From positions 293,034 through 357,033 of the forward strand of contig CAZGFX010000001.1 of NCBI GenBank assembly GCA_964524845.1: DNA of 64,000 nt. The letters run 5' to 3'. The notes below the pieces were generated by a model, which was not told the DNA's origin, ran no database searches, and was given only the letters and a program-made list of their open reading frames with translations. Position numbers and translations under genes: made by a program. Origin of the DNA: an uncultured Gammaproteobacteria bacterium (GTDB lineage: Bacteria; Patescibacteriota; Patescibacteriia; CAZGFX01). Of this stretch, positions 9,860 to 19,001 are shown piece after piece (within the stretch, counting starts at the first letter, position 1; each line of letters opens with the position of its first letter).

Positions 9860-11041
9860 TTATATTTTTACAATCTTATATACTTCATCGTTTATTCGTA
9901 AAACACGATCGCACGGAAATGTTATTTTTGACTCCTCGTGATATTCAACACCTGAAACAAAGATTCTTTCTATGCCCGTTGTTGGGCCCTGAACATATAA
10001 TTCGTCTCCTATCATAATTGAACCTTCGCGAACAGTTACTTCGGCAATATCTGATTTTTTAAAATAATTACTAACTATGCCCACTCTCTCTTTTTTCTCG
10101 GTTGCCTGATTGTGTGGCTCAGTCCACCCTTCTACACCAGGAGTTCCGAACAAAAATCCTGTCGAAAACCCTCTGTTGTATACTCGTGTTACATCATTGA
10201 TAAGAGATTTCTTTAATTCGTCTGTGTACACACCATCTCGAATAGCATCAAGAGCGATACGATAAGAATGAGTGACGATAGATGCATATTCAGGGGATCT
10301 CCCTCGTCCTTCTATCTTTAATACATCAGCTCCTGTTTCAACAATTCTATCAAGAAACGAAAGAGTGCAAAGATCTTTTGGACTCATCACATACCCACAC
10401 CCCACGACAAGTTCTCCTCCTGTTTCTTCATCAACAATTTTATATTCTCTACGACATGGTTGAAGACACTCTCCTCTGTTTGCTGATTTTCCTTGTAAAA
10501 ACTGTGACATGAAACATCTTCCGGAAACTGACACACACATTGCTCCGTGACAAAAAACCTCTATTAGACAATTTGTTTTCTTTTTTATATCGGCAATTTG
10601 TTCAAGTGTGCACTCACGCGCAAGCACAATACATCGAGCGCCCTGTGTTTCATAAAAACGTGCCGCAACTGAATTTGATATGCTTGCTTGAGTCGAAATA
10701 TTAAAAGGCATCCCGTATTTTTTGCATGCCTCAATAACCGCAAAATCCCAACATATTACCGCATCGACATCAGCCTTTTTTAAATCACGAACCATTTCAT
10801 CAATTCTTTCAATTTCATTTTCATAAGCTATAACATTCAATGTAATGTGTATCTCAACATTTTTCTCGTGGGCTCGCTTCACTATATCCGGAAGTACTGA
10901 CATGTCAATTCCTTTTGAACTTACGCGCATATTAAGTTCTCCAACACCAAAATATACCGCGTCAGCTCCAGCCGCAAGCGCTGCCGAAAAAGAAATTTCG
11001 TCACGAACAGGCGCTAGAAGTTTTGGGATTTTTATCATCAT
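9860..11041 (-). CDS. U32 peptidase-family Fe-S protein (TrhP-like tRNA/rRNA hydroxylase)
   Basis: LLAP, GADAVYFG, HGAMCVSVSGRCFMS...NRGECLQPCR (four Cys), KIEGR. Confidence 0.9.
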   Translation of the reverse strand: MMIKIPKLLAPVRDEISFSAALAAGADAVYFGVGELNMRVSSKGIDMSVLPDIVKRAHEKNVEIHITLNVIAYENEIERIDEMVRDLKKADVDAVICWDFAVIEACKKYGMPFNISTQASISNSVAARFYETQGARCIVLARECTLEQIADIKKKTNCLIEVFCHGAMCVSVSGRCFMSQFLQGKSANRGECLQPCRREYKIVDEETGGELVVGCGYVMSPKDLCTLSFLDRIVETGADVLKIEGRGRSPEYASIVTHSYRIALDAIRDGVYTDELKKSLINDVTRVYNRGFSTGFLFGTPGVEGWTEPHNQATEKKERVGIVSNYFKKSDIAEVTVREGSIMIGDELYVQGPTTGIERIFVSGVEYHEESKITFPCDRVLRINDEVYKIVKI

Positions 11042-11127
11042 ACGACAATAAAGTTACGTGGAAATATTGTTTTTTGCAAGACCTTTATTTAAAAACCAAA
11101 ACAACTCTTTTAGAGAGCTGCTTTGTG

Positions 11128-11204
11128 TGGTCGGGGATATCGGACTTGAACCGACGGCCTTGCGCACCCGAAACGCACGCTCTAGCCAACTGAGCTAATC
11201 CCCG
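11128..11204 (-). tRNA. tRNA-Pro(CGG)
   Basis: Cloverleaf, anticodon arm TGCGT-TTCGGGT-GCGCA, CCA end. Confidence 0.95.
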
Positions 11205-11697
11205 ATGAATAAATTAGATGAATGAACAAAACGTTTTTCTATTCATAAAATACTTATATTTTGGTAACCCGCCCCGCAGACGAATGTAATGAGTCGTGCG
11301 GGGAGCTAATCCCCGATGAATAAATTAGATGAATGAACAAAACGTTTTTCTATTCATAAAATACTTATATTTTGGTAACCCGCCCCGCAGACGAATGTAA
11401 TGAGTCGTGCGGGGAGCTAATCCCCGATGAAAAGCGACTTTTAAATGAAGTGCTATATAACGCTTGAGAAAACTTTAATAATTTGGTAACTGGTCCTCCG
11501 AAGCTTTAGCGTAGGAGGAAGCTCCAGCCATAGGCTGGTCAGCCTCTGGCTGAAATCCCCGATGAATAAATTAGATTAATGAACAAAACGTTTTTCTACT
11601 CATAAAACATTTATATCTTGGTAACCCGCCCCGTCACGTCACTCGCGAGCGACGTGACCCGTCACGTCACTCGCGAGTGACGTGATCCGCAGACGAA
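11205..11697 (-). repeat. tRNA-Pro(CGG) 5'-side array of four units
   Basis: GAGCTAATCCCCG ends at 11204 (tRNA), 11315 and 11426 (period 111); AATCCCCG ends at 11561. Each is followed on the plus strand by a 58-nt spacer and GGTAAC. Confidence 0.95.
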
Positions 11698-11810
11698 CAA
11701 AAACATACACCAAGGGATTATCATATTCATATTGTCCTTGAAATTATAGCCGAAATCCCTCGAACAAATAAGATTGTGCCTCGTAAAAATAATTTTTGCA
11801 AGTTTGTTGT

Positions 11811-12617
11811 TTATAAAAAACGGGTGATTATTTTTGGAGAAAACTTACCATTTGTAGCACATGTTGATACCTGATTCTGGTTTGTTATTATGCCTTTTTT
11901 GCGACTTTTTGGTTTAAAACCAATCACAGTACCACCCGCTTCTGTGACAAATATTCCAGCAGCTGCTATGTCCCATAGTGACAAATGCGTTGAAACAAAT
12001 GCGTCTGCACGTCCCATACCGACAGCGGACATATCAATTGCAGCAGATCCGCTTCGCCTAACATACAAAGCAAGTTTTGTAATTATATGAGTATCTCTTA
12101 TCATAACATCTCTTTTTTCTCCTCCTTTGCAATACAAAACAAAAGATTGAGCCAAAGTACGCACATTACTCGTATGTGCTGAATATTTTTTATTTGTAGA
12201 AGTGTTAACAACAAAAGCTCCTTTTCCTTTTTCGGCAATATATCTCTCATGAAGCGCCGGGGCCTCAATAACACCAATAACAGGAACTCCGTTTTTAAAC
12301 AGTGCTATAGATACAGCAAAAAAAGGATCGTGGTTTACAAAATTTCCAGTTCCATCAAGAGGATCAATAACCCATAAAAAATTACTTTTTTTATCAACAA
12401 ATCCTGTTTCTTCTGTAAGATAAGAATGATCGGGAAAGCGTGCACATATTTTATTCCTTATATATTCATCGCTTTTAATATCATAAGGAGTGACGATACC
12501 TCCTGTCGTTTTTGACGATATTATTCTTTCTGTTTTATAAAATTCTTTCAGAAGTCTTCTTCCAGCTTCTTCCGCAACATCGACCGCAAAATCAATGTAT
12601 GTATTTTTTTTCTGCAT
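11811..12617 (-). CDS. suhB: Inositol monophosphatase family protein (SuhB-like)
   Basis: WVIDPLDGTGNF, RRSGSAAID and WDIAAA motifs. Confidence 0.85.
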   Translation of the reverse strand: MQKKNTYIDFAVDVAEEAGRRLLKEFYKTERIISSKTTGGIVTPYDIKSDEYIRNKICARFPDHSYLTEETGFVDKKSNFLWVIDPLDGTGNFVNHDPFFAVSIALFKNGVPVIGVIEAPALHERYIAEKGKGAFVVNTSTNKKYSAHTSNVRTLAQSFVLYCKGGEKRDVMIRDTHIITKLALYVRRSGSAAIDMSAVGMGRADAFVSTHLSLWDIAAAGIFVTEAGGTVIGFKPKSRKKGIITNQNQVSTCATNGKFSPKIITRFL

Positions 12618-12746
12618 AATCGTCACTGTTTAAATTATTTAGAGTATATTGTATTATAAGATATTTTAATTAGCAAGTGTCTGCACACCGAACAGATCGC
12701 TTCGCCTCTTTTATTCAGATATTCAGACATCTCGCTTCACTTGAGA

Positions 12747-12779
12747 CAAAAGAAAAGGCCCCGAAATTCGACGGGGCCT
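12747..12779 (-). terminator. Intrinsic terminator not directly behind an annotated CDS
   Basis: AGGCCCCG/CGGGGCCT stem followed by TTTTCTTTT on the minus strand. Confidence 0.65.
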
Positions 12780-12974
12780 AATATATCATTAATCACGAGT
12801 AATTCAGCGCGTACACTTTCCTCATAAGTAATTATATAGTATTTTTGTTTTCTCTGATATAAAAATTGCATACTTATTCACAACCTACTGGTACATCCGT
12901 AACCAGTACACTGACCTTTGTTCTATGAACGAGATTAAACCGATTATTAAACAAAACTATTAATGATATTTTAT

Positions 12975-13436
12975 TTAGTTCAATTTCCAAATACTATATG
13001 TAAGATATGTTGCAAAAAATACCCACCCGGCATATGGAGCAAGCATCCATGCTGCGATCGAAGTGATTGGATATATGAGTATCATAAGTGCTACAACAGA
13101 ACATCCGAGAACAAATGCTTCAATAATCGCAATTCCGATCAAGTGTTGATTGAAAAATAGAAAACTCCATAACACATTGAGTACTGCATTGAGTACAAAA
13201 AGCCCTATAATCCACCAAAATCTGTTTGTGTGATCCACCGTGTTCCAAAGAAGCAAAATAGATGCTGCCGCAAGCACAAAAAGCACCGTCCACACGATCC
13301 CGATGACCGCCCCCGGAGGTGTCCACGATGGAATGACGATCGTTCTATACCACTCCATTCCGCTTGAAGTAAATATTCCACCTGTTCGTGCAACGGCAAG
13401 CACTACGAGCGGGATAATAATATAATTGAGTTTCAT
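12975..13436 (-). CDS. tspO: TspO/MBR family membrane protein
   Basis: WY...PSWTPP...VWTVL, LNVLWSFLFF, PYAGWVFFATYL. Confidence 0.9.
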   Translation of the reverse strand: MKLNYIIIPLVVLAVARTGGIFTSSGMEWYRTIVIPSWTPPGAVIGIVWTVLFVLAAASILLLWNTVDHTNRFWWIIGLFVLNAVLNVLWSFLFFNQHLIGIAIIEAFVLGCSVVALMILIYPITSIAAWMLAPYAGWVFFATYLTYSIWKLN

Positions 13437-13438
13437 AA

Positions 13439-13951
13439 TTAATAATACAATTTTATAATCACTTCGTCAGACTCTCCTTCTCCTCGTGGATTTTCTTCTG
13501 TTATTGTTAAACGTAAAATTTGGTCATGTACAACCAATTCATCTCCTATTACTCCTTTGAATGTTACAGGACCTTCCGTCATCCAGTTTTCTTCGGTTGT
13601 AAGTTTTCCTGTAGCAATAACTTTATTAAATCTATCAGTAAGTTTCATCGTTCCGGCACTTCCTTCAAAGGTAGTCCAAGCACATCCCTTATCTCCGCTG
13701 TTATCAACCACTACTTCGACTGGTATCGGAAATGCTTTTACACTACTGTTTGGAACAGGTGTGACAAACGTAAAACATGGTGACGATTTTGGGTTTGGGA
13801 GCAATGGTTTTTCTTCTTGTTTTTGAGATATTGTTTTTTCCTCTTTGTTTGATTCTGTGTTTTTCTTTATCAAACCCTCCCACGAACAACCAACTACACC
13901 AACGCTTATAATAACACTCACTATCATGTAAATTATTTTTGTTTTAGACAT
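13439..13951 (-). CDS. Lipoprotein with Gmad2-like Ig domain
   Basis: Lipobox VVGC; W..FEG, WMTEGPVTF and ENPRG motifs. Confidence 0.7.
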   Translation of the reverse strand: MSKTKIIYMIVSVIISVGVVGCSWEGLIKKNTESNKEEKTISQKQEEKPLLPNPKSSPCFTFVTPVPNSSVKAFPIPVEVVVDNSGDKGCAWTTFEGSAGTMKLTDRFNKVIATGKLTTEENWMTEGPVTFKGVIGDELVVHDQILRLTITEENPRGEGESDEVIIKLYY

Positions 13952-14061
13952 ATAATTATGATTATGTGTAAGTAATTTTTTACACTGTTTTATACATATA
14001 AACAGTATCAAACTTGTCTTTGTTTTTCAATAAAACACCATAAAACAAAATATTCTCAAAT

Positions 14062-14098
14062 ACAAATGCGCCAGTAAAAATCACTGGCGCATTTGTAT
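14062..14098. terminator. Long hairpin immediately 3' of tRNA-Pro(TGG)
   Basis: ACAAATGCGCCAGT...ACTGGCGCATTTGT inverted repeat. Confidence 0.7.
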
Positions 14099-14174
14099 GG
14101 TCGGGGTGGCGGGACTCGAACCCACGACCTCTTGGTCCCAAACCAAGCGTTCTAGCCAACTGAACTACACCCCG
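14098..14174 (-). tRNA. tRNA-Pro(TGG)
   Basis: Cloverleaf, anticodon arm CTTGG-TTTGGGA-CCAAG, CCA end. Confidence 0.95.
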
Positions 14175-14359
14175 ATATAATTACGTTTAACGGTGACTAG
14201 CTTATCATAATATTTTCACATTGAAAAGGGCTAAAACACTTTTATCTTCCGTATAATTTTTAGATTTTCTTTTTTTGTTTATTTTCTAACAAAAAGAATG
14301 GTGATATAATATAAATAAGGTCGTATATTAACCTTCGCGACCATATTAATTCTTATTAT

Positions 14360-14566
14360 ATGAAAATGAACTGGCTTAGTTGGGTTGCTATTATTCTTAT
14401 TATTATTGGGGGATTAAATTGGGGACTTGTTGGTTTCTTTGAATTCGATCTTGTTGGAGCGATCTTTGGAAACATGTCGATCGTTTCTCGTATTGTTTAT
14501 GCTCTTGTAGGACTCGCTGCTGTTTATACTATATTTCTACTTCCAAAGATGAACAAACAAGCATAA
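14360..14566 (+). CDS. DUF378 family small membrane protein
   Basis: IIGGLNWGLVG..FDLV..IFG...SRIVYALVGLAA. Confidence 0.9.
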   Translation: MKMNWLSWVAIILIIIGGLNWGLVGFFEFDLVGAIFGNMSIVSRIVYALVGLAAVYTIFLLPKMNKQA

Positions 14567-14721
14567 CACAACTCGTTCTTTTTTGAATTATAGAAAAACG
14601 TCGCTTCATAATTTAATTATCGCGACGTTTTTCTTTTCCGAATCACTTTTCAAACAAAACAAAAATTCGCTAAATAATGAGAAAAGGTGTATACTATTAA
14701 TATCATAATATCATTATACAT

Positions 14722-15057
14722 ATGCTTTTGGACATAATTATATTTTTACTCACGCTTTTCGTGCTCTTGGAATCCGTTTATATAGTGTTTCTTTCAAAGA
14801 AAGAGATTGATCGAGCATTCAGATTCATATCTGGAGCGGTTATCATATTTGCACTTCGCGCTATGTTTAACTTCTCTCCTGCATATACATCAGATCAGAT
14901 GGTAAAATACTTCGACCTTCTTTTCATGATCATGCTTTTACTTGGCCTATCTTATATGGTCGATTGTTGTCAAAAAAAGAACGCGGCCGATATAAAAGAA
15001 AAAAACCCTCGTCCAACACCGAAACTCATAGCGAAAAAAATCATCAAAAGAAAATAA
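14722..15057 (+). CDS. Hypothetical three-TM membrane protein
   Basis: Three hydrophobic segments, basic tail, terminator near 15070-15108. Confidence 0.7.
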   Translation: MLLDIIIFLLTLFVLLESVYIVFLSKKEIDRAFRFISGAVIIFALRAMFNFSPAYTSDQMVKYFDLLFMIMLLLGLSYMVDCCQKKNAADIKEKNPRPTPKLIAKKIIKRK

Positions 15058-15125
15058 GTTAAATTATAGAAAAATTCCTCCGCACTACGCTGAGGAATTT
15101 TCATTTTTTTAAATTAACTTTGAGT

Positions 15126-15917
15126 TTACTTCACCTCCACCTGTGTCGCCGGAGCTTGTGATGTTGGTTGTGATGCGGGCATTGGCTTTCCTGAGAAAGG
15201 AGCGAATGTACTCATAATATATCTAAGATTGTTTTTTGTTTGCTCTTCAAGAGGAAAAGAAACGAAGTCATTCTTGTAATTAAAATTTGTATATCTCGCC
15301 ATGATCACCATATCTGTATTTGGAACTTCATATACAGCTCCCCAAACATTATACACCACCTCTTTTCCATCCATGACCCGAGACTGAACCTGTTCGAACT
15401 CCCAAACTCCTTTTTCCTTTTTGCAATATTTTGTTTCTTTCACTGAATATGTTGTATCGCCTTTTTTTGTAACATCACAAAAAGATTGTGCTAAAAATTT
15501 TGAAGAAGAAATATCATAGTCTTCTATTTCTTTCGTATCGCCTGCACGGAAAAACTCCGAAAATATTCGGTTCGTATCAGTTATAACAAAATTAATGTTT
15601 CCGGAAGAAGTAAAAAACATACGATATATAGGACGCAGAGTAGAATCAGGAGTTGTTTTTTGCTTTGATATATACATGTCTCCCCACGTTTCTGGAATCA
15701 TCGCCTGAAAACCATACTCACCCATTTCATATTTTTTAAATGGAATATTGTCAAAATCAACAAGCTCCGCGAATGTACGCCTTGTAGAATCTTGGTTCGG
15801 AGAGTTCTTCTGAATATGAGAGAGAAACAGCGCGCCGCCGACAATAATAACTGCGATCACCACATATATAATGTGATTGATTGTTATCTTTTTAAATAAA
15901 TCGTTCAAATCATTCAT
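15126..15917 (-). CDS. Membrane-anchored hypothetical protein
   Basis: N-terminal TM helix followed by YGFQAMIPETW (PsbP-like start). Confidence 0.7.
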   Translation of the reverse strand: MNDLNDLFKKITINHIIYVVIAVIIVGGALFLSHIQKNSPNQDSTRRTFAELVDFDNIPFKKYEMGEYGFQAMIPETWGDMYISKQKTTPDSTLRPIYRMFFTSSGNINFVITDTNRIFSEFFRAGDTKEIEDYDISSSKFLAQSFCDVTKKGDTTYSVKETKYCKKEKGVWEFEQVQSRVMDGKEVVYNVWGAVYEVPNTDMVIMARYTNFNYKNDFVSFPLEEQTKNNLRYIMSTFAPFSGKPMPASQPTSQAPATQVEVK

Positions 15918-16112
15918 AGAATTATAATATATAAACATTCATATACTATCAGACGTTCTCATGAAATCAAGCGGCGGCGCGCGTCATATTATAAAAAAGA
16001 AATCAACCAAGGATTGATCGGCCTATGACTTACAAAAAAACATTGATTATTTACAATCAAATGCATATAGTTATCGCGTTATTTTGATATTCATTTTTCC
16101 ACATAATCATAT

Positions 16113-16925
16113 ATGACTGAAAAAAACGACAATTTGAGGATTTTGTTTATAGGAGACGTTGTTGCAAAAATCGGAAGACGGGCAGTACAAGCAATTGTAC
16201 CGAATCTTCGTTCCGAACTTGATGTTCACATGGTAATAGCAAATGCTGAAAATGCGGCACACGGCGCTGGGTTAACACAAAAAACATACGACGAGATTAT
16301 TTCATCGGGTGTTGATTTTTTGACTTCCGGAAACCATATTTGGAATAATCCGGACGCACTCAATCTATTGACAAATTCAGCGAAAATTATTAGACCAGCC
16401 AATTATCCAGAGGGCACTGAGGGATGTGGATGGAAAGTCGTTGAAGTTAGCAAAAAAAACGTCCTTGTGATAAACTTGATGGGAAGGGTATTCATGCATG
16501 ATTACATTGATTGCCCTTTTCGCACTTTAGACTCAATTCTTTTGGAAACAAAAGCGGCTAATTTACATGCGATTGTTATTGATTTTCATGCCGAAGCAAC
16601 TTCAGAAAAAGTTGCATTTGGATGGTACGCGGCCAACAGAGTAAGTGCCGTTCTCGGTACTCATACTCATATCATGACAGCAGATGAGCGGATATTGCCT
16701 CACGGCACCGCATATATTTCTGATGTTGGTATGACTGGTCACAGGGATTCGGTTCTGGGTGTACAAAAGGAGGCAATTATTAAAAAATTCCTCACCCAAC
16801 TCCCCGTACGACACGAGTATGAGGAAACCGGTCCAGCGATTTTTCGCGCAGTCCTCGTAGAAATTGATTCAAAAAACTGTAAAGCCGTTTCAATTAAAAG
16901 AATTGAAAGAGAACTAGTTATTTAA
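16113..16925 (+). CDS. ymdB: YmdB/TIGR00282 metallophosphoesterase
   Basis: GDVV, NAEN, TSGNH, DFHAEATSEK, GTHTH, SDVGMTG motifs. Confidence 0.95.
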   Translation: MTEKNDNLRILFIGDVVAKIGRRAVQAIVPNLRSELDVHMVIANAENAAHGAGLTQKTYDEIISSGVDFLTSGNHIWNNPDALNLLTNSAKIIRPANYPEGTEGCGWKVVEVSKKNVLVINLMGRVFMHDYIDCPFRTLDSILLETKAANLHAIVIDFHAEATSEKVAFGWYAANRVSAVLGTHTHIMTADERILPHGTAYISDVGMTGHRDSVLGVQKEAIIKKFLTQLPVRHEYEETGPAIFRAVLVEIDSKNCKAVSIKRIERELVI

Positions 16926-16935
16926 TATTTATTGT

Positions 16936-17211
16936 ATGAATAAAGCTCAATTAATCGATGCTGTTGCTACCCGTGTTGGGTGCTCAAAAAAGCAGGCAGA
17001 GGATATGATCAATTCGTTTATTGCGCTCGTTACCGAAACTTTGAAAAAAGGTGATGAGGTGTCTATTTCTGGATTCGGTCAATTTTCAAGCCGCAAACGT
17101 GCTGCTCGCATGGGTGTCAACCCACGCAATCCTAGTGAGAAGATCAGCATTCCTGAAGTTGTAGTTCCTAAATTCAAAGCCGGCAAAGGCCTCAAAGACG
17201 CTTTGAAATAA
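16936..17211 (+). CDS. hup: DNA-binding protein HU
   Basis: MNKAQLI...GFGQF...RMGVNP...PKFKAGKGLKD. Confidence 0.97.
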   Translation: MNKAQLIDAVATRVGCSKKQAEDMINSFIALVTETLKKGDEVSISGFGQFSSRKRAARMGVNPRNPSEKISIPEVVVPKFKAGKGLKDALK

Positions 17212-17246
17212 CAACACGACTCACAATCGATCGATTACTTACAAAC

Positions 17247-17276
17247 GAAAAGATCCGTAGAAATACGGATTTTTTC
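17247..17276 (+). terminator. Terminator of ymdB-hup
   Basis: ATCCGTA-GAAA-TACGGAT followed by a T run. Confidence 0.8.
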
Positions 17277-17286
17277 ATAAAAACAC

Positions 17287-17766
17287 AAAACCCTCAGCCA
17301 TAAGCTAAGGGTTTTGCGTTCAGGTATCGGAGAGAGCCTTGCCCCGAATCTGTTTTATCCCGTTTGCGGGGCGAAGACAGGAGAGGGGTTGTCCTGAAAT
17401 ACATTTGAAAAATGTATTAAAGGATCTAAATGGTGTACCCGATGCAGAGTCTTGTCACAAATCCGCAGAAAGCGGAGAGAGGAGAGAGCTTGTCCCGAGA
17501 TGTGTTTTTAAACACATCGAGGGAACTATTCCATAACGTTAAACTTGAATGTAATTTCTTGGGTTTTAATAAGGGTATAAAGGATTCTCCTATTAATCCC
17601 AAGAGTATGGACTTAAGAGAAGTGGAAAAAATTCTTTATGCATCCATGCCTTCATCCACACTTGGTGGATATATGCACAAAGAAGTTTATATTCCCTCAA
17701 ATCCATACTTTCAGGGTCAATTGAGAAAGTTTTATTCTTTTTTAAATATTCAATATTTCAATCGTC
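17287..17766 (-). ncRNA. Candidate ~480-nt structured RNA with four CUCUCC motifs
   Basis: TTGACA-17-TATACT promoter (17773-17801), 18-bp stem 17604-17621/17692-17709, terminator 17287-17315, no long ORF on this strand. Confidence 0.6.
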
Positions 17767-17772
17767 ATTTTA

Positions 17773-17801
17773 AGTATACTCTTCTTAGTTCATACTGTCA
17801 A
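17773..17801 (-). promoter_or_regulatory. Near-consensus sigma70 promoter
   Basis: TTGACA, 17-nt spacer, TATACT; DnaA-box-like TTATTCACA just upstream (17810-17818). Confidence 0.75.
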
Positions 17802-17911
17802 TGGTCAGGTGTGAATAACATAGCGACACACCTTTATTTGGCTCAATATGGGCGTTATATTAATTTCATACCACTACTATGAAATATGAGTAATTCACAC
17901 TTTTTACACAG

Positions 17912-17920
17912 TTATCCACA
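17912..17920 (+). promoter_or_regulatory. Perfect DnaA box
   Basis: TTATCCACA, with a degenerate neighbour TTTTACACA at 17902-17910. Confidence 0.5.
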
Positions 17921-18115
17921 TGGGTGTTTAGCATATTATTGCAGGATGCATTATTATAAAAATACAACGAGTGTTCAAAGAGATATATTGATTTCTCTCA
18001 TGTCTCTTTAAGAACTCGTTGTAAAGGGATATTAAAATTATGGAATTCTAAGCTATGAATCAATGAATTTTTTCATTGATAAAAAGATTTGTTTCCAAAA
18101 TCAAAAAAGAAGGAA

Positions 18116-18898
18116 TTATTCCTTCTTTTTTGATTTTTCAATAAACAGCAATAGTGAGTCCATGGTTTCCGCAAAAGCTTTGTTTTTAATTACTATCATA
18201 CTTCTTTTTGAGCTTGTTAGATCAGAGAGTACTACATAATCTTTTAAAATAGTAATATTTGTTGTTATATTGGGAAGCTCTGTATGATCAAAAAAAACTC
18301 CTTTTAACTCTTGAACTATTTTGTAATCACTGATATTTTTATTTTTGTCTTTAACATAAACTCCTTCTGTGACAATTCCTGATCGACCACGATCCTGCTG
18401 ATGTTGCTTCTGGCTTTTTATGTTTTTCTTAAACAAATCGAGATTTCCTAATACTTTTATAACTTTAGGGCGAGATGGTAAAATAACGTTTTTTCTAAAC
18501 TCTTCCATTTCGGAATCACTATTAATAACCGTCGTTACGAAATTATTCTGTGCGTAATCTCCCTGAAGCGATTTGAACACATCGTCTATGCGTTCTTTCT
18601 GCGCCTCGAGTTCGGTCGTTAATGAAACTATCTTCGTTTCGTGTTTTTTCTCAACATACTTCTTCAAAAATTCATATGGCGTCGTATAGTAATATCCGAT
18701 TTTTTTAATCCTTCGAATACCTATAATTCCGTTTTCAAGCATTTGCTTAAGCACCGTGGAAACTCGGTTTACTCCCACACCAAACGCTTCAGCAATCTCC
18801 GACTGCGCCTTCTCATTATTTTCGAGCAAATAAAAATATATTTTTGACTCTGTCTCCGTCAAACCTATTTCTTGCAGACTTTTTAAATTTACGGCCAT
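18116..18898 (-). CDS. TrmB-family (sugar-sensing type) HTH transcriptional regulator
   Basis: LQEIGLTETESKIYFYLL...EIAE winged-helix N-terminus; C-terminal IVIKNKAFAETM. Confidence 0.85.
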   Translation of the reverse strand: MAVNLKSLQEIGLTETESKIYFYLLENNEKAQSEIAEAFGVGVNRVSTVLKQMLENGIIGIRRIKKIGYYYTTPYEFLKKYVEKKHETKIVSLTTELEAQKERIDDVFKSLQGDYAQNNFVTTVINSDSEMEEFRKNVILPSRPKVIKVLGNLDLFKKNIKSQKQHQQDRGRSGIVTEGVYVKDKNKNISDYKIVQELKGVFFDHTELPNITTNITILKDYVVLSDLTSSKRSMIVIKNKAFAETMDSLLLFIEKSKKKE

Positions 18899-19001
18899 AT
18901 GTGTTTTATATGTACTCTATTATACCATTTTTGATAAAAAATAATCTATTTTTTGTATGCTGATTTTTAACACTAGATAAACTATAAATAAGCCTTTTCA
19001 T

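Noticed and set aside
11205-11697. CRISPR array
   Set aside because: The repeats are tRNA fragments plus variable hairpins, spacers are 58 nt and partly identical, and no cas genes are in the window. Reported as tRNA-anchored arrays instead.
12814-12822. RNase P-like GAGGAAAGT on the minus strand
   Set aside because: Not followed by CC, a terminator comes about 40 nt later, and no matching 3' P4 strand was found.
17430-17882. 150-aa plus-strand ORF
   Set aside because: No recognisable motif; it runs through palindromes and across a strong opposite-strand promoter, so it is probably a shadow of the ncRNA candidate.
17640-17930. Replication origin
   Set aside because: Only one perfect DnaA box, no dnaA or dnaN nearby, and gene orientation stays mostly minus on both sides.
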